Position numbers and translations under genes: made by a program. Below are positions 25,858 to 39,281 of a stretch of 64,000 bases of DNA, in pieces. Source of the DNA: Chiloscyllium plagiosum (Eukaryota); assembly GCF_004010195.1 (NCBI RefSeq), contig NC_057742.1:11761341-11825340 (forward strand), written 5' to 3'. The notes under the pieces were generated by a model that saw nothing but the letters and a program-made list of their open reading frames with translations, searched no databases and was not told the origin of the DNA. Numbering within the stretch: the stretch's first letter is position 1; the number at the start of each line of letters is the position of its first letter.

Positions 25858-26982
25858 GTCCTGGAGGACAATCCTAGAAAGCTACATTCCATCTAGCAGC
25901 AAGACAGATCATTCCTTTAGATTATAGAGCTATCATTAAAATCCAGGCTATAACAGCAGTGCTGAAATACTAATTTAAAAATCTCAAACAATTAAATGGA
26001 CTAGCCAGATCACGCTCAAATAAAATTAACTCTCACTTTTCCTAGTACATTCTAGATGTTGAACATCAAATTTCTTTGACTTTTTGCAATATTGAAATCT
26101 CTAAAATCCACTGAACTATGACGACTAATAGTCGTACAGGTAAATTTTTAAAGATTGTAAATTTCAATGTTATATACAAATATTCCAAACATTGTTTTGT
26201 TTGGAATGACAAATTGTTCACATGTTGGATTCAAAGTCCCTTTAAGTGTGTGGAAATAACCTTCTCTGGAACCACTTTGATAAGTAGGACATTAGAATTA
26301 GGGCTTTCCCTTATCCCCAGTGGACAAGTGTACTAGTTCTCAGCCAAACCTCTAGACTGTGCGTCTCACAATTGGAAAGTATTTCATGTCAGTAGGATAA
26401 GAATGTTATCTGCCTGAGAGAAAATAGGCATCACCCTGCCTCTTAAAGCACACCTTCAGTCTTTGAGTGAATACAGCACTTAACACCAGAATGTGCAGAC
26501 TTGTGCATCCTGCTTTCCCGATTAAAGGTCAGCATGCATGTAGAAATAATGTGGTACTAAAAAAAAAACTTAAGCTCTACAGCTCCAAAAAGTATTTTAT
26601 TATAATTTTTAAAAAACATTATATTTCAAAGTTGCAAGCCACATAATTATATTAACATTTATGGAAAATAGACATTTTCCTGTTTTCTAGATAATGGAAT
26701 TCACTCCCTAGACTAACCTGAAATCCAAGAAATCTGGTTGAAAATGATGAGGCTTGGACTCTGGTGTACTGCTTCAATACACAGTCAGGTTTGTGACAGA
26801 TAACAATTAAAACCAGTTCACTGGCATTAGCTAGTCAATCTCTTTAATCTTGCTACATTGCCTGAATATGAATTACTTCTTCGATTAAGTAAACGTAATT
26901 TACTTAAAAGCTGGTCCTAAGATTGGCAATGTTCCTTTTATTACTTAAAACAAGTTCTCAGGTACAATGTGATGTTAATTAC

Positions 26983-27050
26983 CTTTTCCTTCTTTTCTCA
27001 TCAAGCTCCAGTTTTGCATGTCGTTTCGCAAAGACACAGTCATCTAAGTT
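26983..27050 (-). CDS. MSL1: MSL1 exon 5 (PEHE): NLDDCVFAKRHAKLELDEKRRK(R)
   Basis: tttag|AAC acceptor, AG|gtaatt donor, 68 nt. Confidence 0.95.
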
Positions 27051-27504
27051 CTAAAATAAACAAAGTTAGTGAACTACTTCACTTTTAAAGCACAACAGTT
27101 AATAGTCACAGACTTCCATACAATTCCAATGAACCAGCCTGTTATGATAGCAGTCATGTTGGCTGTGGATAAACTCTTTATGGATATAGCCTGGGTGGTG
27201 GGACGGAAGAGAACAAAGTAACAAGAACATCTGCTTGGCATGGAAAGTGTTACTATTAACAATCACTGCTATCCAAACAGACATTTACATGAGGTGATAC
27301 TAGTTGTTTTTAGCATTTAGTTAAATTTCCATTCACTGCGCGCACACAAATATCACAAGTGTTTCAATTCCAGGACTAACTATAATATTTGATGTTTTAT
27401 CATTCCCGATTTCTATAGTCAGCTTCACTAGGATAACCACAACGAGCCAGTAGCCAAATCATTTCTTCTCACATTCAACTCTGAATATTTCAGTCACAGG
27501 TTTG

Positions 27505-27810
27505 ATTAGATTACTTAGTGTGGAAACAGGCCCTTTGGCCCAACAAGTCCACACCGACCCTCCGAAGAGCAACCCACCCAGACCCATTCCCCTACATTTA
27601 CCCCTTCACCTAACACTACAGGCAATTTAGCATAACTATTTCACCTAACCTGCACACATTTTTGGACTGAGAGAGGAAACTGGAGCACCTGGAGGAAACC
27701 CACGCAGACACGGGGAGAAAGGCAACTGTCTCTGTGGAGTTTGCACAGAGGCGGGAATTGATCCCGGGTCTCTGGCGCTGTGAGGCAGCAGTGCTAACCG
27801 TGCTGCTATG
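27505..27810 (-). mobile_element. HE1-type SINE
   Basis: Reverse complement of head, V-domain and GGCCTGTTTCCACACT tail. Confidence 0.85.
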
Positions 27811-29232
27811 CAGTTTCTCTAAAATATAAGGTTGCAGAGACTCCCAGGCAACAATATTTGGAGATTATTGATTTTCATTTCAATTTCAAAACAAAAATTG
27901 AAATGACATTTAGTTAATCTCTCTCAAATTAGATTTCATTACGGAATTTCATCTGAGCATTCCAGTTCTTGACTTCTGTATAGTCACACCTTTGAAGAGA
28001 TCAGACAAGGATAGACCTGTGGAGAGATACGTTGTTGGACAGCCATCTGGCATTCATAATGAAGCATCAACTTTGGACAGGGAAAGCAGGCACTGTCTGT
28101 GCAAATGTACCCCAATGATGGATTCATTGACTTTTGGAGAAAGGTGAGAACAGTGCATGGCTGTGGGTGAAAGAAACAAAAAAATCATTTGCCACTATAG
28201 ATGACTATACACAAAGTCATATTTGCAACCAAGGCTTTGAAAACCAAGGAGTTGTCATCTCAGGCATCCTACACCAATGTGGTAGCTCTGCAAAAAAGAA
28301 CTAACTGTTCTGAAGAATGTTATAATTACTAAATGGATTGGCTGAAAGGCACACAGATTTCTGACATTACAGTACTTAATTCCTGGTCAAACATAAGCAC
28401 GTTTCAGGACTTTGTGACACCACAATTCCATTTGCTGTATCTGGTACTATACTTTACGGGAACACTTCAGCTGGTAATGAAGGCAAAGAAAGGCCCATTG
28501 TCTGCTGCTGAAAATAACACTAACAAAGTATTGAGTTCAATGTTGGCACCGAAAGGTCATGATCGATGCTTTCAAGTATGAATCAGAGATCTGGAGCACT
28601 CCTGCATTATTAGGAACATCTGTTAATTGTTCCTAAAACTGACCTTTTGATCTCCGAAAGCACAATCTGAAAAGTGCACCCAGTAAGATTACCTATGCTT
28701 TCCCCTTTTTGTTTAAAATATACGAAGTATGAAGTTTAAATGTATGACATTCATGGAGATACTGAGGACTGCAGAAGAGTCCTGACCCAAAACATCAACT
28801 TTCCAGTTTGTGCAATGTTGCCTGACCTGCTGTGCCTTTCCAACTCCACTTCTTAAAATCAACTCTGTATGAAGTTCACTTTTTAACTAAATGGTGTTTT
28901 ATCTGATATAACTGATCAAGATGATTTGGTGATACAGGTACTTCAAATTAAAAAAAAGCAGATATCCTTTGATGTCAATACAGGTTTTCTACCATATTGA
29001 AGGAAACAATATGATATCTGAAGTACCGACAAAGTTCTTTGTTCAAGTGGAAAGACATGACAAAAGGAAAAATTGAGAGATTGACAAAAATGTTATTCTG
29101 CTTCTGAAGAAATTCTACTCATACAAGCTGCTCGCAATGGGATTTCATCCTGGAACAGTTGGATATGGCTGATTCCCTTTGCGTTAGGCAGTGAGGAGAT
29201 TCCAATGATTTCTGGACAGGGATCACCCAAAG

Positions 29233-29560
29233 GGTGGCACAGTGGCTAGCACCGCTGCCTCACAGCACCAGGGACTGGGGTTCAATTCTAGCCTCGGGCG
29301 ACTATCTGTGTGAAGTTTGCACATTCTCCCAGTGTCTGCATGAGCTTCTAATGGGTGCTCCACGTTCCTCCCACAGTCCAAAGCTGTGTAGGTTAGGTGG
29401 ATTGGTCATGCTAAATTGTCCATAGTGTTCAGGGATTTCTAGGTTAGGTGCATTAGTCAGGGGTAAATGTAAGGGAGCAGGTCTGGGAAGGTTACTCTTT
29501 GGAAGGTTGGTATGGACTTGTTGGACGGAAGGGCCTGTTTCCACACTGCAGGAATTCTAT
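29233..29560 (+). mobile_element. HE1-type SINE
   Basis: tRNA-like head, V-domain, CR1-derived tail. Confidence 0.85.
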
Positions 29561-31281
29561 AATTCCCATAAAGCACTGCAGTTCGGTGGAAAAAAAAAAG
29601 AGCTTAATCCTCAACTTCTGAGCAAGTAGCCCCCACGAATATCATATTACAATCAAGGAACAATGAAAAGTGACACCTACTGCTGAAGGACTCTTTATAA
29701 TCTGTATGCTTGAAGTCTGGGTTAAAACATTAAAATCATCAGGTACAGTAACATTTAACAAAGTTTAAAAGGAATGTTACTCCATTTTCACTGGAAAATA
29801 AAGTGATATATTCATTTAGCATTTGTCTAGCCAAAGGGAAATGAGACATCCTGAAAGGGACTGCTTTTATTGTTTTTACAACAGCAGACATTTTACCTCA
29901 AGGATATTTCTTATGTCATGTTGTAATGTTGTAGCAGCATATTCCTGCCACTAGAGGTTCTCCTAGTTATCCGTGTAACTAGAATTCCTTTACTACCAGG
30001 CGACCAATTCTGTTGCATTGCAACATTACACAAGTATCATGGACCTGAACATTGTTCACTGCTAATTTCAGGAATCCACCCAAAACTCCACTTTCATTAC
30101 ATAACATGACTTCAATCTGTGTCAAGTTATGATATCATGCACCATATCAAAATTATGCGATTTCATACATTTCACTGTGAAAATGTACTTTGTATTATGT
30201 TGCAAACACTGGAATGAAAAATGAGAAAAACGCCTCAGTGCAGAGTTAAAACCTGTACCAGTGGCAACCAGGTACATTCCCAAGGACACTGCCTGCTTTC
30301 CATTCATATGGCCACTGGATAATGGATACATTAAAGACTGCCAACAGTCAGCCTCACCTACCAGAGTCACTAAAATGGTGGAGTGTCTGCATTTAGTCAC
30401 CTCACTCAGATGGAGCAGCCACCTTTTAATTTTAGATCATTGCATTTATGAAGGAAGATGATGAGACTAAACTTGTGCTATCACAAGCCTAAAAAGAGGT
30501 TGCTGTTACCCCTCTTGTCAATAGCAAACTGCCCAACATGCTTAATTAAACATCTTCACTGCTCTTTACATTACGTGGTTCATGGTTGGGGATTAGGAAA
30601 GCAGTGAACACCACGGCAGAGGAAATAACTCTGCATGTACTAATGCTCAAAGCTAGGGAGGGAAGTAGCAGAGCTACTCCCAAAGTTACAATCATCAAGA
30701 GTACACTGGCCAGTACAACTATGATTATATTTCTGCCAGAAATTAACCTTAAGTTTTTAAGATGTTTCAAAATTGCATTTTTTTCCAAAAAACTCTAATT
30801 TTCAATTTAAATCAACAGCTTTTAAGTGAGGAAGTCTTAGAGAGGGGTACTTGTAGTATTCCAATCTATACAAAAACAGAAACAATGCTAACTTGCGCAA
30901 TTCAGCTGCCCTTTTCCTCCCCTTCAGCAATTAAAACACTGCCTCAGAAAATCCTGACCAGGTGCAATATTTCTGTATTTAGGAAATATCAATTTTTATC
31001 CTTTTCCCATTCTCAAAAGGTTACCATACAACCTACATTCCCAAAGAGGTGTTTAGAATGCTGTCGACATTTGCACTTCCTGACTGATCAAAACCATTCA
31101 TTAGGGGTAGCAGGAAGGTGCAGAATGCAGCAACCCCAGGTACAATGACCAACCAGAACCAGGTCCTGTTTATCTCAGGCAATTCAGCATAGGGCAGCGC
31201 TTGAGATAAACTACGATAATCAGTCATGAAGGAACCAAAAGACAAATCACCAATAGACGCGCCCACATTTTGTTGCTATAC

Positions 31282-31346
31282 CTCAATGATTTCATCAGGT
31301 TGCAGGTTTATGAGGGGTTCCGCCGAGTGTTCCTTCCAGGATGGAA
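31282..31346 (-). CDS. MSL1: MSL1 exon 4 (PEHE start): (I)PSWKEHSAEPLINLQPDEIIE
   Basis: ttgtag|TT acceptor, GAG|gtatag donor, 65 nt, PSW motif. Confidence 0.93.
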
Positions 31347-32094
31347 CTACAAAGAAACAAGATTTAAGGAAACAAAAAAAAAAGACCAGGTTTAAATGTC
31401 TGTTTCTAAACAGTTCACTCCAGGACTTGCAGAAGCTTAACTCTATCAGCACGGCTGATACTTTATAGAATGGGACATTATTCAAACCACAATACTTCCT
31501 GCCTTTGATCACACCGCTAAACCGCACAAAGAAACGTGCCCCAGCTCACAAAAATCAGGAATGCTGGTGAGTATGTCATCCTGTGCATCAATTTCACCCA
31601 CCTCTTACTCTTTCAGCTTACTCAAAGATAGTATTCCAGCATTTTTGTTTCACTAATATAGATTCTAAAACTCAACATATGGCTAAGACCATAAGGACAT
31701 TGGAGCAGAAACAAGCCATTCGGCCCTTCGAGTGAGCTCAATGATGATCATGGCTAATCTGTTAATGCTCAACTCCACTTTCAGTATCACCTTTGATAAC
31801 GAAACAAGGTAAGAACGTTCTGCCTCTTTGTTTCCGTGAAAGACAGTAAGCTTTCAAACTGAGAAAGGGATCTATCTGTTGGACTCACTCAATCTGCTTG
31901 AATTTTATGATTCAAAAATCACACTGGTGGCTGAAGGCTGGGAAACATCACTCTGACTGTGTGCACAAGAACTCTATCTTTTCCAAAGCAGGAAACAGAA
32001 TTGGGTTCCAGCTTTTACGGCCCCGAAAAGTCAAATTGCTGTGTGAATTGGGTAAATTCTGTATATCTGGGAACAATGCATAAGCAACAGTAAT

Positions 32095-32315
32095 AAAAGC
32101 AAATTGCTAGAGAGACTCAGCAACCTTGACAGTATCATTGGAGAGAACGCAGACCTAACGTTTCAAGTCCAGTGACTTCAGAGAGTCTGAAGAAGTGTCA
32201 CTGAACTAAATGTTAACTCTATTTCTCTCTCCATAGATGCAGCTGGACGTGCTAAATTTCTCCAGCAATTCCCGTTTTTGATTCAGAACTTCAGCATTCA
32301 GTGTTCTTTATTTTA
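32095..32315. mobile_element. Older palindromic Penelope-derived element
   Basis: Inverted arms turning near 32180, degenerate CTGAAGA core, AAGCAACAG repeated on both flanks. Confidence 0.55.
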
Positions 32316-33392
32316 TATACAAGCAACAGCAAATGCTTTTCTACTTTCTGTTGGGATTTGCACTACAGCACTTCCCTCCGCGCCTCCCCAGAAAAATAAT
32401 GCTACAAACTTTGTAGTTTTAATTTGGCAGCATTACCTCTATGGTGGTTAGTGGATTCGCCAGATCTGCCCACTATTCTCTTGCATTCTATCTGGATGCT
32501 TTCTGCATGTGCAAGCAAACTATTTTCTTTTTTAATTGTTTCAGTTCACCTAACAGCACACAGAATTTTTCCTCCATAGATAACTGAGCAACTCATAGCA
32601 ACAAAGCTGTAAGCTCAAACCTCCTGAACTGCTGTGCTTTTCCAGCACCATTCTAATCTAGGATCTGGTTTCCAGCATCTGCAGTCCTTGTTTTTACCTA
32701 GCTCAAACCTCCAGCTTTGCTGAACATGGATTATCACAGTCAGAACTGAATAGGTTTGGGAGTGAGGGGAAAGGTAACTTGAAAAAGCTGGGATTGACAT
32801 TTGTGGTAGCTATCCAGCAAATGCATGCACTAGAGGGGTGAAAGTCAAGGACTGACAGGACTTGTCTCAGCAATACACCATTCAGCCCACTGACAATCAC
32901 TGCATCCCACTTTTGAATGTGGAGTTCATTTGATGCACAACAGATCATTTGGGAAAGGTACCTACTTGGTGCTCACATCAAAACCTTCAAAGACATGGAG
33001 GGGAATGAAAACACAAAGTGAGGTTATACCAACCAACCTTTGACACTTGAGCTAGAATGATGATTTCTGCTTCTTTAAGTACAAGACTAGAATGTTCTAT
33101 TACAACCTACCAAATTACACAATAAAGATAATGATAGACTGCAAGGCCTTTCTCTATTGCCTTGCATTGTGATAGTTGACATACTTCTACAATCTAGTAC
33201 ACGTAGATGAAAGAGATTAACAACCATATCAAAAAACAAATCTGAACCATATCTCACCATTCTGTTCTGGAATGACTTAGCCAATGCCTAAAAGAAGAGC
33301 CACCTACTTAAAAATCTGAATCTTTCCCCTCATTATCAGGTCATTTATTGAAGGTGTTAAGGCCTCTAGATTGCCACGCTCTTTATACTAAC

Positions 33393-33772
33393 TTGCTACA
33401 GTTTCTTCCTTCTTTGGTGAAGGTTCTCGTAGTGGAGAGGGTGGCCGGTGGTGCCACCGACACAGGTACATCTCAGTGGTGCAGAGGTATGGCTCCTCTT
33501 CTATGTCATTAGAAACAGGCTGATCTTTGCTGGTGGGCAGACCTGGAGTCTTTAATATGGTTGAAGGTTTGTAGACACCCTCAGTCTGAGATTTGGATTT
33601 CTCTGGAGTTTCTTTACTTCGCAGTTCCCGTTTTGAGACTTTGTCGGGCAACGGGCTGCTCGACGTCTGTCGCTGCGGAGAAGATTTGACCAGTTTTGTC
33701 CGTACTCTTGAAAATTCAGCTGCAAGCTTTTTTACTGGTGCTTTTCTTTCCGTTATTCCTAGTGCAGATTTC
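33393..33772 (-). CDS. MSL1: MSL1 exon 3: (R)KSALGITERKAPVKKLAAEFSRVR...PYLCTTEMYLCRWHHRPPSPLREPSPKKEETVA
   Basis: ttcag|G acceptor, A|gttagt donor, 380 nt, conserved EMYLCRWH. Confidence 0.93.
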
Positions 33773-35182
33773 CTGAATACAATCAGAATTAGATTGGTTT
33801 TATAAAACAGTTACCAAGGTCCATGCTGTACATAAATCCATAAGACAGGACATCGATTTTTTAAGAATGGGTTGCAGGTTTCGGTTCATTAATATCTAAA
33901 TCCCAGAACTTGTTTTAAGACACATTCTCGAGATAACAAGGTTTTATTTTTAAAAAGTCAGGACGACTAACAAAAACTCCTATTCTGTAATCATAGTTGA
34001 GAAGGAGAAAGAAATTTCTATTTGCTTAAAAGTTCGTTATAGCAATTATTTTTTCTTGTCTTATAGTGAGGTTGTGCAGTAAAAAGTGTGCCAATAGATT
34101 CAAGAGAGAGCAATGATGCATTTTACTAAATATACAGTACACCTCAGGGGTTCCAATGTTTGTGCTGAGGGGAGAAAAGCAAAAGGTGAAAAACCCCAGA
34201 ACAATAACATGATTTTTACAAATGGCAAATTGAAAGTGTGAATTTGTATCCCCTGTAATGCTTTGCATATTGCAATTTTGGACAAACTGGCAAGAATCCA
34301 CATTGGTAACAATAATCTATTAGCATTGTTAATGAGATCCCTTACTCCCAACTGCTTGGATCACCTGGTGAAATTCTACACCACTGACCACATGGTGGAT
34401 TTGACTAAGTGTAAGCTTCACTGTTGAGATACTCTACCTGAAGTAGTAGAGAAATCAACATGAGATTTTTTTCTCTTGACCATTTGTTTATCTTTCCTTA
34501 AGATATTATGGCCAGCCAGCACAGGTAAGAGGGAAGAATAGGTACACTAAGTAACAAAGTCAAATGCTAAAAGACTACATAGTTTTTAATCAGGCATGAA
34601 TATAAGTTGAGAGAAAAGTCCACAAATCCACAAAACCCCAAGCACCGTCCTGCCGAGGGGAGGGGAATGTTAAATTCTGGTTCCAACAAAGGCTTTTAGA
34701 TCCAAAAGGTATATTTTCACTTTACCTCCCTATTTGAATTGCTTGTGTTCATTTCAATTGCCTCACCCATCACAATTGAAATTCTTAGTCACCTTAAAAT
34801 ATTTGGGGAATTCTTCATCCGAAACAGGTAAAAATTACTTTAATGTAAATTTTCTAATCCCAGTCTAAAGCAAGCTGTCTTTATGGAAATTACATCATAA
34901 ATTACACCTCTGTTGTAGTTAATAAGTGCTGCATTTTTTGCAATACTGAACAGCCAGGAATCAGACATTTTATATTTACATTTGAGTGTTATTTTCTCAA
35001 TATTGTTACAAGATATTTTCCTTCTTGTAACCCATAATGAGCATTTCACAAATTTGGTGGAGGGGCTGGGGAGGGATACTCCCACTATTTGCTACAAACT
35101 ACAAATGATCTACTAGCAACTCCATACTGCTTTGATTGAAACTAAACTAAATTCTGGAGTTTACCCACAAAGTTCAGAGTAC

Positions 35183-35406
35183 CTTTTATAACCCTTCCCA
35201 GAGTGTGTTTCCGTTCTAATGCCCTGTGCCTGAACAAGCGATTGTTCAGGGGTGATTTGTTGATGCTCTGGCTGGATCTTCTCCACTTCTGTTGCATTTT
35301 TCTCCTCTGTCCCATCCACTGTTTGAACAAATCGGTGCTTGTCCTTTTCATTCTCTTTTTTCACCAGCTGCATCCTCCTTTCCATGCGCTCAAGACGAGC
35401 CAGAAG
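35183..35406 (-). CDS. MSL1: MSL1 exon 2: LLARLERMERRMQLVKKENEKDKH...GKGYK(R)
   Basis: tacag|CTT acceptor, AG|gtactc donor, 224 nt, end of the coiled coil. Confidence 0.93.
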
Positions 35407-35612
35407 CTGTACACAAAATATCTTTTAAAAATATGATCTGAACTGCCTGGTATTTTAAAACAAGAGCTTCTAATATGACCTGATACCGTCCTTAGGATTG
35501 CACACAGTTTATCAAAATCAAGCCTTTACGTGAAGCAGAATTACAGGGCTAAGTGAAGCAACTCGGAATATATATGTAACTCAACCCCATTACTTTCATA
35601 TTTTTGGAGAAA

Positions 35613-35930
35613 GGGCGGCATGGTGGCACAGTGGTTAGCACTGCTGCCTCACAGTGCCAGAGACCTGGGTTCAATTCCCGCCTTGGGCAATTGTCTGTGT
35701 GGAGTTTGCACGTTCTCCCAGTGTCTGCGTGGGTTTCCTCCGGGTGCTCCGGTTTCCTCCCACAGTCCAAAGATGTGAAGGTTAGGTGAATTGGCCATGC
35801 TAAATTGCCCGTAGTGTTAGGTGAAGGGGTAAATGTAGGGGAATGGTTCTGGGTGGGTTGCTCTTTGGAGGGTCAGTGTGGACTTGTTGGGCCGAAAGGC
35901 CTGTTTCCACACTGTAAATAATCTAATCTA
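35613..35930 (+). mobile_element. HE1-type SINE, near full length
   Basis: GGCGGCATGGTGGCACAGTGGTTAGCAC head and TAATC tail repeats. Confidence 0.9.
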
Positions 35931-36724
35931 AAAAGCTTCTATACAGTATATACAGTTAATACTGAATGTGCTTATGTAAACATATTAAGCTGAACTTGCA
36001 CCCTCCCACCAATGGTGTCGCCATTTGGTCTTCACTAACAAAACCATATCTATATAATTGGACTAATTTTCATTATAATTTGGTATATTCATCCATTATG
36101 TTTAAGTTCGACAAGAAATTCTGATAATAAGTATCATTTGAATACTCGTCATTTTCTGCTGTAGTCTAGATTTTCAGCGCTTTTTCGTTTTATACTAAAC
36201 AAATTTAACAGCTAAAGCAGCATTATACAAAGATTAAGATACAAAATGGCTGTTTATCACCTACCCTCTGCTATTGCTTTTCGTGTTAAAGTCAGGATCT
36301 TTTTCAGCTTTGTACAACTAGCACACAGCAATCAGCTACAAGTATTGCAATATCTGGCACCACCTGCAATTAGCCATTTCATGGGCATGACAATTGAAAA
36401 GTATACAAACCATTTTTAAACACTGGAATTCTAATATAGACTGAATTTCTACTACTGGGGACTGCGTTCTTGAGATATTGCAAGTGCAACATACAGCTTT
36501 TCATTTGCTCATTTTTAAGCCTTATAGGAAACCAGTATTGCTGGTTCAAATAGAACCTGTAAATATAATGCTGCAGTATATTGTGGTCAGCTTTAGAAAA
36601 GTAAATAAATGCAAATTATTACAAAATATTCATCAGGCTATTTCCTTTCACACAGTACACTATTAATCCATGGGGAAAGTGCTCAAGTCCTTAACAAATG
36701 CAAGTCCTTCCTCTTCATTCAAAA

Positions 36725-36928
36725 TTTATTTGGAGTTGCCAGTGTTGGATTGGGGTGAACAAAGCTAAAAGAAAAATCACAACACCAGGTTAGTGTCCTA
36801 CCGGTTTATTTGGAAGCACTGCTCTTGAAGAACTGCTCCTTCTTCAGGTGGTTGCAGACAGCCCTTTGAAAGCTAGTGCTTCCAAATAAACTAGTTGGAT
36901 TATAACCTGGTGTTGTGAGATTTTAAAC
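36725..36928. mobile_element. Palindromic Penelope-derived element (same family as 9253-9471)
   Basis: Shared ACAACACCAGG / TTTATTTGGAAGCAC arms, degenerate cores, imperfect TSD CTTCAT(T)CAAAA. Confidence 0.7.
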
Positions 36929-37219
36929 TTCATCAAAAAGTAAGGCAAATACATTTCATAGGTGATATTGAACTTTCAACTGATAAATCTTCTAACTGGA
37001 TTTTTCCAAAAGTGTATGTTCCTACTAACGTGCAATACCTATGTGATATTCCTCCTGGAAAGATAAAAAGCACATAACACTTGTTTTCTTTTAATTATCT
37101 TGCTAAAGTTTGGTTTTGCATTCAGCAAGTGCAAAGAGATCACACATATTTGATTAGAGGTTCTATTGAGCATTTAAGCCTAAGTTTCAAAATTTGTGGT
37201 ACTTTTGAGCTATGGTCTG

Positions 37220-37712
37220 TTCAGAGTCAAAGAGTCGACAGCACAGAAAAAGGCCCTTCAAACCATTGAGCCTGCACCGATCAAAATCAACCACCTGATT
37301 ATATTCTAATCCCATTTTCCAGCACTTCGCCCATAGTTTTGTAAGTCTTGGCACCACAAGTGTACATCTAAATACTTTTTAAATAATGAGGGTTTCTACC
37401 TCTATTACCTTTACAGGCAGAGAGTTCCAGACTCCCAACACACGGTGAAAATAAATTTCTTCACATCTCCTCTAAACTTCCTGCTCCTTTACATTTATGC
37501 AGCCAACAAGGGGAAATGTTCCTTCCTGCCTTCTCTGCGTGTGCCCCTTGTATTTCGTAAGAATCAATCATGTCCCCACTCAATCTCCTATGCACCAAGG
37601 AAAACAACCCCAGTCTATCCAATCTCTTCATAATTAAAACTTTCTGGCCTACGTGACATCCTGGTAAATCTCCTCTACACTCCCTCCAGTGCAATTACAT
37701 CCCTCCTATAAA
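37220..37712 (-). mobile_element. Older CR1 3' fragment
   Basis: RLDRLGLFSLVHRRLSGDMI on minus plus tail. Confidence 0.75.
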
Positions 37713-38929
37713 CCAATCCAAGAATAGGAATGAGACTCTTTAAGCACACAATCATTGCAAAAAAAAAAGAAGAAAAGCAGGAATAAATGATTTCACCCCA
37801 TTAAGCAGTGTTGAATTGGAACACAAATTAATATTTAACCTAACAACCCTGTTTGGTGTCCATTTTATCTCCTGTCAAATTGACATATAAAAGGGATGTT
37901 CAATCGTATAATGTAGGTAGAGGTAATTCACTTTCCCAGCAACATGCACAATCGTGGAGAAAAAATCCTAACAGCCGTATGAATTGTGATAATTGCACAT
38001 TACTTACTTTAATTCCAATATTCCCGCCTAAAATAGTGTACGCAATATATCTTAACCTCAGTGATTAAAACTTTCTGAAAAAGCGGATACTAATACTTGT
38101 TCACCACACAATCTCATTATGAATGTGCATTACAATAATAAGTTTCAAACCTACTCAGGCCACTAATGAAAGGCTTCAAGATCAGCCTGAATGCCTTTCC
38201 TTTTAGAATCAGAATTACTAAGAATTCTCAGAATTTAGGATTAACAATTTAACAAACGCAATGTTCTTTAGTTTTAAATTTTGCTAAACCAATAGACAAC
38301 ATCCATTACTGATATTTTTGAGCACAAAGCAGATTTCTAAGGAACCGCTTACACAGATCTGCTGGGATCTAATTGAAATGAAACTGAAAATGGTATTAAG
38401 ACAAGGTTGACATTTGAGAGAAAGGCATGAAGGACCAATATTACACCTTAGAGAGCAATTTTTTATATATATAAAATGTCAATTTGCTAAAATAAGACTT
38501 ACTGTCAGTGAACACATTAGCATTGTGATAAATTACACCGCTGACAACACACTGTACTTGTACCCATATTTATTCCTTAGAAATAAATGTAACCAGGTCT
38601 GGTGGACTAAATCACTCCAAATACTCTATTGCAAAATAGGCAATACAACAAAAAAGTGTTCCATGTTTATGGATGACTGGAACACAAATCAATCAGTATT
38701 GTTCAATTTTCAAACACAACAGTTGAAGCAACATACTTGTACATATGAGGCATCTCTGTAAATGGCAAAAATACTGAAGAGCACCATGGGCAGTGCTAAT
38801 TAAGATCTATAGAGAGAAACATATGTGCAGAAATGTAGCATCTGAAGCCGCCCTTTCATCTGGGTCTGAAAGAAAGAAATGGAGCTTTCTTTCCCCCAAA
38901 GACTTTAAATTATAGGCCAGGCAGGAAGG

Positions 38930-39235
38930 CTGAGGTCTGGTGACGTCATTGACGCGCGACGGCCTGACCGTCCAGTTTTGTCGCTCGGCTCACCGGGTGG
39001 GACCCCGGGGGAGTGGGAAGTGAGCTTGGGAGGTGTAGTCCTAGCCATGACGTCAGGCAGCAATCACCCAACGTCAGTGTGGGTGACCCAAAGACTACAA
39101 CTCCCGGCGGGCCCCGCGGCAGCCAGCACCGGACGCCATTTTACACCCTCTAAGATGGTGGCCCGAAGCCCCGGCACCGAACCGCCCGTCATTGTTATCA
39201 CCGGGCATTTTAATGCGCCTCCGCCATTTTATTTT
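38930..39235. promoter_or_regulatory. Promoter-like motif cluster at the start of MSL1 intron 1
   Basis: TGACGTCA at 38941-38948 and 39048-39055; ACTACA/ZNF143-THAP11-type motifs at 39026-39040 and 39093-39108; YY1-like CGCCATTTT at 39134-39142 and 39222-39230. Confidence 0.6.
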
Positions 39236-39281
39236 CTTTTTTTCCCACCCCCCCCTACTTTTTTCCCCCTCCCCTCCTCAC

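Noticed and set aside
29945-29960. CTCF-like core CCACTAGAGG
   Set aside because: Only a partial match, with a divergent 3' half; expected by chance in 64 kb.
32966-32984. Possible 19-nt MSL1 micro-exon (gaag|GTTTTG...CAA|gtaggt on minus)
   Set aside because: Weak AAG acceptor, frameshifting, and no similarity to known MSL1 peptide. Not supportable without RNA data.
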